NCBI GenBank assembly: GCA_046329325.1
Contig: JAXLUU010000001.1
Span: 1,305,997-1,369,996 of the forward strand
Direction: 5' to 3'
DNA from: Saprospiraceae bacterium
GTDB lineage: Bacteria > Bacteroidota > Bacteroidia > Chitinophagales > Saprospiraceae
Length of the DNA stretch: 64,000 bases
In this document: piece by piece, positions 46,481 to 56,332 of the stretch
Numbering within the stretch: the stretch's first letter is position 1
Layout of the letters: every line of letters starts with the position of its first letter
Translations under genes and position numbers: made by a program
The notes under the pieces: generated by a model
Told to the model about the DNA's origin: nothing
What the model saw: only the letters and a program-made list of their open reading frames with translations
Database searches by the model: none

Positions 46481-47974
46481 ATGAAAGAGGTTCATATTTT
46501 AGATTTTTCGGAATGGACATTACGGGATATCATTTCTATCTGGAAAAGTGATCTACCCATTGGTTTATCTGAACAAACATGGAAAACTGTTGCTGATTAT
46601 CGAAATTCTTTAGAAGAAAAAATTGCAACATCCTCTACCCCGGTATATGGAATTAATACTGGTTTTGGAGCTTTGTGCAACCAGGTGATTGCGAGTGAAG
46701 AATTAAGTCAATTGCAGATCAACCTGGTTCGTTCGCATGCTTGCGGAACTGGTCCTTACATTGATGTGGAGACCTGCAAACTTATGCTCTTGTTAAAGAT
46801 TATCAGTCTTTCTAAAGGCAATTCCTGTATCCGGCCTGAACTTTTGCAGTTTCTCATTCAAATTTATAATGAAAAGATTTTTCCTGAAATTCCAGAACGA
46901 GGGTCGCTTGGCGCATCCGGGGATCTGGCACCACTGGCGCACATGAGCTTACTGTGTATTGGGGAAGGCAAAATTATCAGTACAGAAGGAAATGTCGCGG
47001 ATCTGCTCAAGTCAAGAGGTATTCACCCCCCCATGTTGCGCATGAAAGAAGGGCTTGCACTTCTTAACGGAACCCAATATACTTTGGCTACACTCCTCAA
47101 TGCACTGTACAAATCAAATAGTCTTTTCAAAATTGCTAACATTACCAGTGCTCTTTCGATCGATGCATTCAATTGTACAATGGATTTTCTCAACGAAGAA
47201 ATCCATCTGCTTAGAAAGCAAAAAGGACAGATTGAGGTATCGGCTACCTTACGGCAACTTTTATCAGGAAGCAATATTCAATTCAGGTCAAAAATTTCGG
47301 TGCAGGATCCATATAGTTTCAGGTGTATCCCACAGGTTCATGGTGCAACGTTGGATTGTTTGCATTATGTTGAAGATATTGTGACTCGTGAGATTAATGC
47401 CGTTACGGACAATCCTTTGATGCTGTCCCAACAGCAGGTGCTGTCCGGTGGTAATTTTCATGCACAACCGCTGGCACTTGCTGCAGATTTTTTATGTATT
47501 GCGGTCGCTGAACTGGCAAGTATTTCTGAACGCCGAATTTATCAGCTGATCAATGGTGCCCGTGGTCTACCTGATTTTCTTACGACAGATCCAGGATTAA
47601 ATTCCGGATATATGATTGTTCAGTATTCAGCAGCTTCGCTTGTCAGTCAGAACAAACAGCTGTGCACTCCGGCATCTGTGGACTCAATTGTGACCAGTAA
47701 AGGACAGGAGGATCATGTCAGTATGGGGGCCAATGCAGCTTTAAAAGCAAGGGCTGTGACCGAACGAACAGGATTGGTGTTGGCCATGGAATGGATGACT
47801 GCATGTCGGGCGTGGCAACTACGAGGCGTTGAATGGAAAACAGGTGATAAATTACAATTCATGTTTCAGCAATACAGAGAGCTGATTCCTTATCGCGAAA
47901 AGGATCATATTCCTTCCGAGGAATTTGAAAAGACGCTTGAATTTTTAATGCATGTGAATTCGGCAAGTGATTAG
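46481..47974 (+). CDS. hutH: Histidine ammonia-lyase
   Basis: 497 aa. MIO-forming GSLGASGDLAPLAHM motif. Confidence 0.9.
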   Translation: MKEVHILDFSEWTLRDIISIWKSDLPIGLSEQTWKTVADYRNSLEEKIATSSTPVYGINTGFGALCNQVIASEELSQLQINLVRSHACGTGPYIDVETCKLMLLLKIISLSKGNSCIRPELLQFLIQIYNEKIFPEIPERGSLGASGDLAPLAHMSLLCIGEGKIISTEGNVADLLKSRGIHPPMLRMKEGLALLNGTQYTLATLLNALYKSNSLFKIANITSALSIDAFNCTMDFLNEEIHLLRKQKGQIEVSATLRQLLSGSNIQFRSKISVQDPYSFRCIPQVHGATLDCLHYVEDIVTREINAVTDNPLMLSQQQVLSGGNFHAQPLALAADFLCIAVAELASISERRIYQLINGARGLPDFLTTDPGLNSGYMIVQYSAASLVSQNKQLCTPASVDSIVTSKGQEDHVSMGANAALKARAVTERTGLVLAMEWMTACRAWQLRGVEWKTGDKLQFMFQQYRELIPYREKDHIPSEEFEKTLEFLMHVNSASD

Positions 47975-49088
47975 AATCGTCAGTGTCTTCTGTGCCATAT
48001 TACAGATCTATAATAATGTCAATTGCCAGGACACATCATGGCATTTCAGGTCAGGAATTCAATGCAGCAAGTTACTTGTGCACACACCCAAGTTTGGAAT
48101 TAAACCCCACGGCATTGGATCAAGCATAGACCTTGCCATCTCCAAAAGCGTCAACCCGAAAAAATATCCATACAATTCAGACCAGATTTATGCTGGGGTA
48201 TTAGTCAAGTATTTTGATCTCGGACAACCTTCCAATGTACTGGGCGATGCATACGGGCTGGTACTATTTTATGATTTCAAACATCGACTCAGTCCACTGA
48301 CAACTGGATGGTTTTTGATTGGAAGTGGGTTATCCTACAATCAGCGCATCTATCATTTTCAAAATAATCCTCAGCAAAATGCAATTAGCACACATTTAAA
48401 TAATATGACTACATTTGAATGGAGAGTTTCCATTCCTCTTAAACAATCGTTTAATATTTATTCCGGAATTGCCCTTTGTCATATTTCGAACGGAGCTTTT
48501 AAGTCACCCAATCTTGGATTAAATTACATCAACATTTTACTGGGTGTGCAATCAGGATCTATTCCAAGATCGAGACCGGTTCGACCACAAATCACCAACG
48601 GGAAGATGTGGATGTTTGCATGCCAATATGGTCTAGCATGGACAGAGCATAAGGTGCCGGGGGGGCCGAAGTTCAAAATAGACATTTTGGATTTGCAGGC
48701 AGGCAGATTTTATTGTCCAATAAGGATCATGAAAGCAGGACTGGAAGCTGAATATCACAGTCTGAGCGCCTATTTTGCAGAACGATCAGAGACCAAACCA
48801 GACATTCAATCAGCCAGATCAGTCAGTTACCGATTGCATGTTTTTGGTGCTCATGAATGGATTTTTGGTCCAACCACTCTCGAAACACGTCTGGGATATC
48901 AGTTTCTTCAAAACACAATACTTGCAGGCATCCCGCTTTATGTAAAATTATTATTCCAGTATCATTACCGGATACCTTATCTTCAAGGAGTTACTGGAAA
49001 TGTCGGAATCGCGCTCAAAGCGCATTACGGCAACGCAGAGTATATCAGTGTTTCAGCGGGTATTCGATACCGAAAGATAAAATCGTAA
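47967..49088 (+). CDS. Acyloxyacyl hydrolase / PagL-like lipid A deacylase family outer-membrane protein
   Basis: 373 aa. GTG start overlaps the hutH stop. Signal peptide. CHISNGAF (H-x-S-N-G) motif recalled from PagL-like deacylases. Confidence 0.5.
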   Translation: MIRIVSVFCAILQIYNNVNCQDTSWHFRSGIQCSKLLVHTPKFGIKPHGIGSSIDLAISKSVNPKKYPYNSDQIYAGVLVKYFDLGQPSNVLGDAYGLVLFYDFKHRLSPLTTGWFLIGSGLSYNQRIYHFQNNPQQNAISTHLNNMTTFEWRVSIPLKQSFNIYSGIALCHISNGAFKSPNLGLNYINILLGVQSGSIPRSRPVRPQITNGKMWMFACQYGLAWTEHKVPGGPKFKIDILDLQAGRFYCPIRIMKAGLEAEYHSLSAYFAERSETKPDIQSARSVSYRLHVFGAHEWIFGPTTLETRLGYQFLQNTILAGIPLYVKLLFQYHYRIPYLQGVTGNVGIALKAHYGNAEYISVSAGIRYRKIKS

Positions 49089-49098
49089 AGTCGCCATA

Positions 49099-50019
49099 TT
49101 ATTTAGGCAGTTTATCCAGATTATTCATGGCCATTAGCTGTCTCAGTGAGCGCTCCATTGTATCAATGTTGCCATCGAGGAAAATAACATTCCCTTTGCC
49201 CTGTTCTGCAAAATTTTTAATCGCTTCAGTCCAGATATTAAACATGATAAATGAAGCGTCGAGGTTGCTGTCTTCCATCAATTTGGCGGCTTTGCTCATT
49301 CCCTTGGCGACCTCTTCCCGAAAGGCAGCAATACCCTGACCACGCAACTGGGCCGCTAGTTTTTCTGCTTCAGCCGAAATTCTTATGGCATTTCCTTCTG
49401 CTTCAGCTGCTTTGGTCTTTGTTATCAGCAAAGCCTGACCTTCATTTTCAGCCGCTGCCTTAAGGTTATTGGAAGCAACGACCTTGGCCATGGAACGCAT
49501 GACTTCTTCATCAAAAGTGATATCATTAATCTGAAGGTCTATCAGATGGTATCCCCAATCCTCCAGTGTATTGTCAAGATGTTCTTTGACATTTTCAACA
49601 ATTTCACGGCGCAGCACTAATACCTCGCTTTGCTTCTTGGTCGCTACAAATGCGCGAACAGAACCTTCTACTGAACGAATCAGAGCCTGCATAAGATTTT
49701 TCTCATCAACGAACTTAAATGCTACATTTTTGATGGTCTCCTCTTCCTGATCAAGGACGGAAAAAAGTAACATGGCAGTAAAATTGACGTTGGCCTGATC
49801 AACTGTTACAGCCTGAAAACCTAGTTCGGCACTTCTATTTTGTACCGATATTCTTTTGTGGATACGCTCAATAAAAGGAATGATAAAGTTAAGTCCAGGA
49901 AAGAGTACGCGTTGATATTTACCAAAAATTGTTACCACTGCGACCATACCCTGATCTACAGTGCGAAGGGATAGGAACATGGTGAGGAATACAAGGATTC
50001 CGAAGTAAAGTAGTATCAT
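49099..50019 (-). CDS. SPFH/band-7 (stomatin/flotillin-like) membrane protein
   Basis: 306 aa. N-terminal TM helix then an SPFH-like core and an Ala/Glu-rich coiled coil (AAENEGQALLITKTKAAEAEG...). Confidence 0.75.
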   Translation of the reverse strand: MILLYFGILVFLTMFLSLRTVDQGMVAVVTIFGKYQRVLFPGLNFIIPFIERIHKRISVQNRSAELGFQAVTVDQANVNFTAMLLFSVLDQEEETIKNVAFKFVDEKNLMQALIRSVEGSVRAFVATKKQSEVLVLRREIVENVKEHLDNTLEDWGYHLIDLQINDITFDEEVMRSMAKVVASNNLKAAAENEGQALLITKTKAAEAEGNAIRISAEAEKLAAQLRGQGIAAFREEVAKGMSKAAKLMEDSNLDASFIMFNIWTEAIKNFAEQGKGNVIFLDGNIDTMERSLRQLMAMNNLDKLPK

Positions 50020-50035
50020 ATCTCAGATTTTATTT

Positions 50036-51673
50036 TTAGTAAAGATAATGACCTTCGATCGGCATTCTTCTGCCAGAACCGAATGATTTATAAGATACCC
50101 TGATGACCGGTGGCGACTGGTACCTTTTGAACTCAGCTTTATTGACCATTTTTAAAATACGCAACACAAGTTCGCGATCATATCCGAGATTGATAATTTC
50201 ATCAGGTCCCTTTCTCTTTTCAATATACTGATATAAAACAGGATCAAGTAAATCATAAGTTGGGAGGGAATCGCTGTCTTTTTGTCCAGGACGCAATTCT
50301 GCTGAAGGTGGTTTGGCAATGCTGTTTATCGGGATACGCAATTTATGTCTATTCACATATTCAGAAAGCAAATAAACCTCAGTCTTGTATACATCAGCCA
50401 GAACCGCCAATCCTCCGCAAAGATCTCCATAAAGCGTGCCGTAACCCACTGCCATTTCACTCTTGTTGGTTGTATTCAAAAGAATATGACTGAACTTATT
50501 TGAAAAGGACATCAGCAGCATTCCACGTATCCTTGCCTGAATATTTTCCTCCGTGACATTGTAGGGCAAATCCTTGAAAAAGGGACTTAACTCCTGCATG
50601 TAGGTATCAAAAACATTGGTGATAGGAATAATTTCATATTCTATTCCAAGATTTTTCGCAAGGCTTTGTGCGTCGTTTACCGAACCTTCTGAGGAAAACA
50701 TGGATGGCATCAGCAAAGCAGTAACGTTTTCCGGGCCTAAAGCGTCGCAGGCAAGAACAGCAGTCAATGCCGAATCTATGCCACCGGATAAACCAAGGAT
50801 TGCTGATTTGAAGTTCATTTTTGTAAAATAATCCCGAATACCCAGAATTAGAGCATTATAAATAAGTTCAGCCTTGTCTTTGCGTTGCTCTTTGCTACAA
50901 ATGCCTTTTTCTACATCCTCAAGGTCATAGACCTTTAACACCTCCTGAAAGTATGGCAATTCTTCAAAATATTTGCCGTCTGGACTTGCAACGACAGAGC
51001 CTCCGTCAAAAACAATATCTGTCTGAGCTCCAAAACAGTTGACATAGAAGATTGGTATTTTGTATCTTCTGGCATTTTCCTTAATGACATTCAAACGATC
51101 CTTGGTGTGTTCAAAACTAAAAGGGGAAGCCGAAAGGTTGAGCATTAACCGTGGGTTCTCTTTTATCATCTCATCCATTGGACAGATATCATACATCGGG
51201 TTATCATGATTGAGATTCCAGATATCCTCACATATTGTTATCGCGATTTTTACACCTTTAAATTCAAACGTATTAAAAGATGATGCTGGTTCAAAATAGC
51301 GATACTCATCAAAAATATCATAGTTTGGCAGAAGTCCCTTGTGATATAGATGATGAACCTTGCCCTCAAACAAAAAAAACACCGAGTTATGTAAATCTTT
51401 ACCTTCCAGATCAGGATTAACGGTTGGCGATCCTAAAGCAATTCCAATGTCAAAGGAATCTCCGGTCAATTCGTTAACCACATTCATCGAGCGATGAATG
51501 AAATCCCTGAATTCAAGAAAATCAACAGGGGGATAACCACAAGTTGACATTTCACTAAAGCAAATAAGATCAGCGCCTTGGGATCTGGCTTTTGCTACGC
51601 ATGATCTCATGCAGGCCAGATTTCCTTCAAAATTACCTATATGATAGTTTAGCTGCGCAACTGCTATTTTCAA
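50036..51673 (-). CDS. nadE: Glutamine-dependent NAD+ synthetase
   Basis: 545 aa. N-terminal CN-hydrolase domain (ITICEDIW). C-terminal PP-loop GLSGGIDSALTA. Confidence 0.9.
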   Translation of the reverse strand: MKIAVAQLNYHIGNFEGNLACMRSCVAKARSQGADLICFSEMSTCGYPPVDFLEFRDFIHRSMNVVNELTGDSFDIGIALGSPTVNPDLEGKDLHNSVFFLFEGKVHHLYHKGLLPNYDIFDEYRYFEPASSFNTFEFKGVKIAITICEDIWNLNHDNPMYDICPMDEMIKENPRLMLNLSASPFSFEHTKDRLNVIKENARRYKIPIFYVNCFGAQTDIVFDGGSVVASPDGKYFEELPYFQEVLKVYDLEDVEKGICSKEQRKDKAELIYNALILGIRDYFTKMNFKSAILGLSGGIDSALTAVLACDALGPENVTALLMPSMFSSEGSVNDAQSLAKNLGIEYEIIPITNVFDTYMQELSPFFKDLPYNVTEENIQARIRGMLLMSFSNKFSHILLNTTNKSEMAVGYGTLYGDLCGGLAVLADVYKTEVYLLSEYVNRHKLRIPINSIAKPPSAELRPGQKDSDSLPTYDLLDPVLYQYIEKRKGPDEIINLGYDRELVLRILKMVNKAEFKRYQSPPVIRVSYKSFGSGRRMPIEGHYLY

Positions 51674-51689
51674 GTTATGCTATTTATAG

Positions 51690-51697
51690 CAAATGTA
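51690..51697 (-). promoter_or_regulatory. -7 promoter box (TACATTTG on the minus strand) upstream of nadE
   Basis: Plus-strand caaatgta. 17 nt upstream of the nadE ATG at 51673. Confidence 0.45.
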
Positions 51698-51742
51698 GTA
51701 TAAAAAACCAAAGAAAGATTAAAAACAAAACGCCCAAGAAGT

Positions 51743-51750
51743 TACTTTTG
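51743..51750 (+). promoter_or_regulatory. -7 promoter box (TACTTTTG) upstream of dnaX
   Basis: Exact TAnnTTTG match 11 nt upstream of the ATG at 51761. Confidence 0.45.
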
Positions 51751-51760
51751 GGCCAATAAT

Positions 51761-53500
51761 ATGAATGGATTCTTAGTTTCTGCGAGGAAGTACAGGCCGT
51801 TGAGATGGACTGATGTGATCGGCCAGGATCACATCACTCAAACGTTGAAAAATTCACTGGCGCGTAACCAGGTGGCTCATGCTTTCTTGTTTTGCGGACC
51901 CAGAGGCGTTGGTAAAACAACCTGTGCAAGGATTATGGCCCGGGTACTCAATTGCGAAAATCCAACACCAGATTGGGAACCATGTAACCAATGTAAAACC
52001 TGTCAGGCCTTTCAAGAAAACAACTCATTTAATATTTTTGAAATCGATGCGGCTTCAAATAACAGTGTTGAGGACTTCCGTAACCTGGCAGAGCAGGTGA
52101 GATACCAGCCACAATATGGCAGGTACAAGATCTATATAATTGATGAAGTTCACATGTTGTCACAAGCTGCTTTCAATGCATTCCTTAAGACACTGGAGGA
52201 ACCACCGCCTTTTGCAAAATTTATTCTTGCGACTACTGAAAGGCACAAGATCATTCCCACCATACTGAGTAGATGCCAAGTTTATGATTTCAGAAGAATT
52301 GCTATTAAAGATATTGTATACCAACTTGAAATAATTTGCAAAGAAGAATCGCTTCAGGCCGAAACAGAAGCACTTTATCTGATTGCACAAAAGGCTGACG
52401 GCGCAATGAGAGATGCGTTATCAATTTTTGACAGGATCAGAAGTTATTCTGAGCATCAGATTACCTATCAGGCTGTCCTTGAAAATTTAAATATTCTAGA
52501 CTATGATTATTATTTCAGATTTTTTAACGCTTTTCTGAGCGAAGACACAAATCAAGCACTAATCATTTGCGATCAGGTAATTCGTCTTGGGTTTGACCCA
52601 GAGATTATTTTAGAGGGACTGGCTGAACATTCACGCAACCTTTTGGTAAGCAAAATTGGAGAAAGCGTAAAACTATTTGAAGGAAGTGAACAACTCAGGG
52701 ATAGGTATCTGCAACAAGCTCAGGCCAGTACACAGTCTTTCCTTTTGTCAGCACTGGATATGCTGGGTGAAGCTGAGGTTAATATTTCAAAGACCAGAAA
52801 TAAAAGGCTACAGCTTGAAATTTTACTGGCAAAATTATCAAAGTTTCAAAGAAGAATAGCCCAGGGATCAGAGGACATAATGTCAGTAGTTATCAAGTCC
52901 ACAAAACCCGCAGAGACCAAGAACTTTCAAATTACTATACCCTCAGCAAAGAAAAAAAATGAAGAAGAGCAGATTATCAGCGAGGAAACGCCAAGGGTAA
53001 TTGTCAGGCCTCCTTCGAAGGATATTGTATCTTCTAGTGCCTCGGCAATTCCTAAACTTGCAAGTCTTGATACGATTAGAAAAAAAATTAGCGAGGATGA
53101 AAAAGAGAAGGCAGCGAGTCGTATATCACTCAATCAGGAAAACTTTAGTTCATTTTGGCAAGAGATTCTGATTCGTCAAAAGTCCAAGACGTTGCAGGAA
53201 TATATGAAGAACGTAGAATGGAAAATTGGTGTTGATGAAATTCTCATCATGACAAGCGGCGTTCTTGCCAATGAATCAATTCGCAACGAACTCCGTCTGG
53301 AAGAAGAAATCAATAACCGATTTGCCGGCGAAAGAATCACTTTGAGAGTAGAAATAAATCCTGAACTTGCCCAAAGGGAAGAACAGAATAAGCCCAAGAA
53401 ACTTCTTTCAGCCAAAGAAAAATGGGATCACCTGATTGCAATTAATCCGGCGTTAGAAGAACTGAAAAAAAAGCTGGACCTGAAAGTTGATGAAGATTAG
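51761..53500 (+). CDS. dnaX: DNA polymerase III subunit tau (gamma/tau)
   Basis: 579 aa. Walker A GPRGVGKTT, Zn module CENPTPDWEPCNQCKTCQAF, DEVHMLS, SRC motif (LSRCQVYDF). A low-complexity linker is followed by the C-terminal tau-specific region. Confidence 0.92.
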   Translation: MNGFLVSARKYRPLRWTDVIGQDHITQTLKNSLARNQVAHAFLFCGPRGVGKTTCARIMARVLNCENPTPDWEPCNQCKTCQAFQENNSFNIFEIDAASNNSVEDFRNLAEQVRYQPQYGRYKIYIIDEVHMLSQAAFNAFLKTLEEPPPFAKFILATTERHKIIPTILSRCQVYDFRRIAIKDIVYQLEIICKEESLQAETEALYLIAQKADGAMRDALSIFDRIRSYSEHQITYQAVLENLNILDYDYYFRFFNAFLSEDTNQALIICDQVIRLGFDPEIILEGLAEHSRNLLVSKIGESVKLFEGSEQLRDRYLQQAQASTQSFLLSALDMLGEAEVNISKTRNKRLQLEILLAKLSKFQRRIAQGSEDIMSVVIKSTKPAETKNFQITIPSAKKKNEEEQIISEETPRVIVRPPSKDIVSSSASAIPKLASLDTIRKKISEDEKEKAASRISLNQENFSSFWQEILIRQKSKTLQEYMKNVEWKIGVDEILIMTSGVLANESIRNELRLEEEINNRFAGERITLRVEINPELAQREEQNKPKKLLSAKEKWDHLIAINPALEELKKKLDLKVDED

Positions 53501-53505
53501 GTTCT

Positions 53506-53952
53506 ATGGTTTTTATCTGCAAGAAGTTTGAGGAGTTGAGTTCACTGGAGTTGTATAAGATAATCCAGTTAAGAATCACCGTATTCGTCGTTGAGCAAAA
53601 TTGCGTCTATCAGGATCTTGACAATAAAGATCTGAGTGCTTATCACTGCATGTTGTTGAAGGATAGTACATTGATTGGTACAACCAGACTGCTCACCAGA
53701 GGAATTTCATATGACGAATATCCATCAATAGGTAGAGTCTGTACTTTGCCTACCTACCGTGGTACAGGAGCCGGCAAAAGAATAATGGAAGAAAGTCTTA
53801 AAATAATGAAATCATTGTTTCCGGGAGAATCAATCAAAATATCAGCGCAATCGTATCTTATTAAGTTTTATAATGATTTAGGGTTTGAAGCCGTCGGAGA
53901 AGATTATTTGGAAGACAATATTCCACACAGAGCTATGATACAAATCAATTGA
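53506..53952 (+). CDS. GNAT-family N-acetyltransferase (ElaA-like)
   Basis: 148 aa. ELYKIIQLRITVFVVEQNCVYQDLD and acetyl-CoA motif YRGTGAGKRIM. Confidence 0.7.
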   Translation: MVFICKKFEELSSLELYKIIQLRITVFVVEQNCVYQDLDNKDLSAYHCMLLKDSTLIGTTRLLTRGISYDEYPSIGRVCTLPTYRGTGAGKRIMEESLKIMKSLFPGESIKISAQSYLIKFYNDLGFEAVGEDYLEDNIPHRAMIQIN

Positions 53953-53957
53953 AATAA

Positions 53958-54548
53958 ATGATTGCCATTCAGGATAAACTGATTAGTGAAGAGGTTCTCA
54001 AAAGTTATTTTGCCTGTGAGTTGAACGCTTGTAAAGGCGCCTGCTGCTGGGAAGGAGATTTTGGTGCACCACTTCACAAGGATGAACTATCGATGCTCGA
54101 TAAAATTACAGGAAGTGTAATCCAATATCTTCCAGAAGAATCGGTAAAGGTCTTGAGGAAAGAACCAGGTTATGAATGGAATGAAGATACTGAAACATTT
54201 GTTACCAAGTTAAGAAAGAATGCATCATGTATCTATATGATCACTGGAGAAGATGGCATTGCACAATGCGGAATAGAAAGAGCATGGAAGAACGGTGAAT
54301 CAGAATTTCGAAAACCGATTTCCTGTCATCTTTATCCCATTAGAGTTAAAGAAAAATCTGAATTAGGATTTACAGCATTAAATTATGACAGGTGGAGTAT
54401 CTGCAGTGCAGCATGCCAGTCAGGCAAAAAAATTCGGATGCCATTGTTTAAATTTGTAAAGGATGCACTCATCAGAAGATTTGGTGAAGAATTCTACCTT
54501 GAACTAGAGGCTGTAGCTAAGGAACTTTATCCAGCGATCAATCCGTAA
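53958..54548 (+). CDS. DUF3109-like Cys-rich protein
   Basis: 196 aa. N-terminal Cys cluster CELNACKGACCWEGD plus later Cys residues. Family name from memory. Confidence 0.45.
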   Translation: MIAIQDKLISEEVLKSYFACELNACKGACCWEGDFGAPLHKDELSMLDKITGSVIQYLPEESVKVLRKEPGYEWNEDTETFVTKLRKNASCIYMITGEDGIAQCGIERAWKNGESEFRKPISCHLYPIRVKEKSELGFTALNYDRWSICSAACQSGKKIRMPLFKFVKDALIRRFGEEFYLELEAVAKELYPAINP

Positions 54549-54620
54549 TTAGCGTGGATTTCTATTTAGAATACGCGAAAGAAAAAGCGAAGGGCAACTT
54601 AGAGAATCTAAACCTGAATA

Positions 54621-55631
54621 TCATACCAACAGACCCTCAGTACAATTCTTACAAATGTCTATTTTATTTCTTCCTTTGAGGAGACTGAAACGGAATTGAT
54701 AATAAATAGCCGATGACCAGATCGCTGATAGTTTTTCTTTATTTACATCGCCAAGTACATGTTGGGCATCCTTGTCGAAGCAACAGGGAACAACACGACC
54801 ATCCCATGTGATAACTGCACCAGACCACATTCGCCAACAATGATTCAGTAGACGATTCTTGATTATATAACCTCCGCCCGAAGCTGGTTGATACCTTGAA
54901 TACAATTTTTCTTCGGGTATAAAGTCAGCATTCATTTGATAATTATAAACCTGTGCAGATTTAAATTCAAGACGATCTGCACCCAAATTCTGATACAATT
55001 TTTTCATGTCTTCTATCTGATGCTCATTATGCTTGAAGACGATAAACTGAAGTACAACAAGTGGTGTAAGCTTTTTGAGTTCCTTACGTACACTGAGAAT
55101 ATTCCGTATTCCCTGAATAACTTTATCCAACTCACCTTTGATGCGATACTGCTGATAAACTTCCTGTGTAACGCCATCAACTGAAATCACCAGACGATCC
55201 AGGCCCGAAAGAACAACTTTAGCCGAGATTTGGGGAGTTAAAAAATGCGCATTGGTAGAACTCATGGTATATACCCCTGCTTTAGAGACAAACTCAATCA
55301 TCCGTAGCAAGTCTCCGTTGATGAATGGTTCACCTTGAAAATAGAATGTCATGAAGGAAAGATCCTTCAAAGAAGAAGTTGTATAATTGACAAAATTTTC
55401 GAAACGTAAGTTTCCGACAGGTCGACTGAAGGAACGCAGTCCGGAAGGACATTGGGGGCATTCAAGATTACAGGCAGTCGTTGGTTCTACTGAAAGCGAC
55501 ATTGGTTTGCCCCAATGGTATGGGCGTCCTGACCAACGTGAGAGAAAGTAGGACACCAATAATTTTAAAATATTAATTAGTCTCCTGTAACTCAGTTTCC
55601 GAATAATCAGCAATGCTTCTTTTAACAACAT
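54621..55631 (-). CDS. Radical SAM protein with C-terminal SPASM-like Cys-rich extension
   Basis: CNLECPQCPSG (CxxxCxxC). C-terminal CCFDKD...CKNC. Trimmed to ATG 55631, since the track ORF starts at a TTG. Confidence 0.7.
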   Translation of the reverse strand: MLLKEALLIIRKLSYRRLINILKLLVSYFLSRWSGRPYHWGKPMSLSVEPTTACNLECPQCPSGLRSFSRPVGNLRFENFVNYTTSSLKDLSFMTFYFQGEPFINGDLLRMIEFVSKAGVYTMSSTNAHFLTPQISAKVVLSGLDRLVISVDGVTQEVYQQYRIKGELDKVIQGIRNILSVRKELKKLTPLVVLQFIVFKHNEHQIEDMKKLYQNLGADRLEFKSAQVYNYQMNADFIPEEKLYSRYQPASGGGYIIKNRLLNHCWRMWSGAVITWDGRVVPCCFDKDAQHVLGDVNKEKLSAIWSSAIYYQFRFSLLKGRNKIDICKNCTEGLLV

Positions 55632-55697
55632 GGAACTGTAAAGATGCAAAGTATTCTAATTTGTCATATCGCTTATCTTTGTTACTGATTTTGAATA

Positions 55698-56288
55698 ATG
55701 AAATACTTGATCGCCGGACTTGGCAACATGGATTCGGATTACATGAATACTCGGCACAATGTTGGTTTTGAAGTTGTCGATGTTATAGCCAAAAGGCATA
55801 AAATAGAATGGGAAAGCGGTAGGTATGCCCATTTTTGCGAATTCAAATATAAAGGAAGGCAGATCATTATGATCAAGCCAACGACATATATGAATCTCAG
55901 TGGAAAGGCTGTCCGGTATTGGGCACTTGAAAAGCAAATTCAATTAGAAAATATTTTAGTCGTTTTAGATGACCTTAACCTTGAATTTGGAAAATTAAGA
56001 ATTAAAGGAGAGGGGACAGACGGTGGTCACAACGGGCTTAAAGACATAACGGCGCAGATGGGTACAACACGCTATCCAAGATTACGCATTGGCATCGGCA
56101 ATGACTTTCAAAAAGGTAATCAGATCAATTTTGTATTAGGTCACTGGAGTGAAGCTGAGAGGTTAGTATTGGGAAGTATTCTGGATAAATCAGCAGATGC
56201 CTGTATGAGTTTTTGTATGGCGGGCCTACCTAATACGATGAATCAGTATAACGCTTTTAAAGCCACGCCACCATCGAATCAACAGTAA
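55698..56288 (+). CDS. pth: Peptidyl-tRNA hydrolase
   Basis: 196 aa. MKYLIAGLGNMDSDYMNTRHNVGF, GGHNGLKDI. Confidence 0.92.
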   Translation: MKYLIAGLGNMDSDYMNTRHNVGFEVVDVIAKRHKIEWESGRYAHFCEFKYKGRQIIMIKPTTYMNLSGKAVRYWALEKQIQLENILVVLDDLNLEFGKLRIKGEGTDGGHNGLKDITAQMGTTRYPRLRIGIGNDFQKGNQINFVLGHWSEAERLVLGSILDKSADACMSFCMAGLPNTMNQYNAFKATPPSNQQ

Positions 56289-56332
56289 ATTGAAGAATTG
56301 CATGAAAATATTTCAAGCAATGGAATGAGTTA

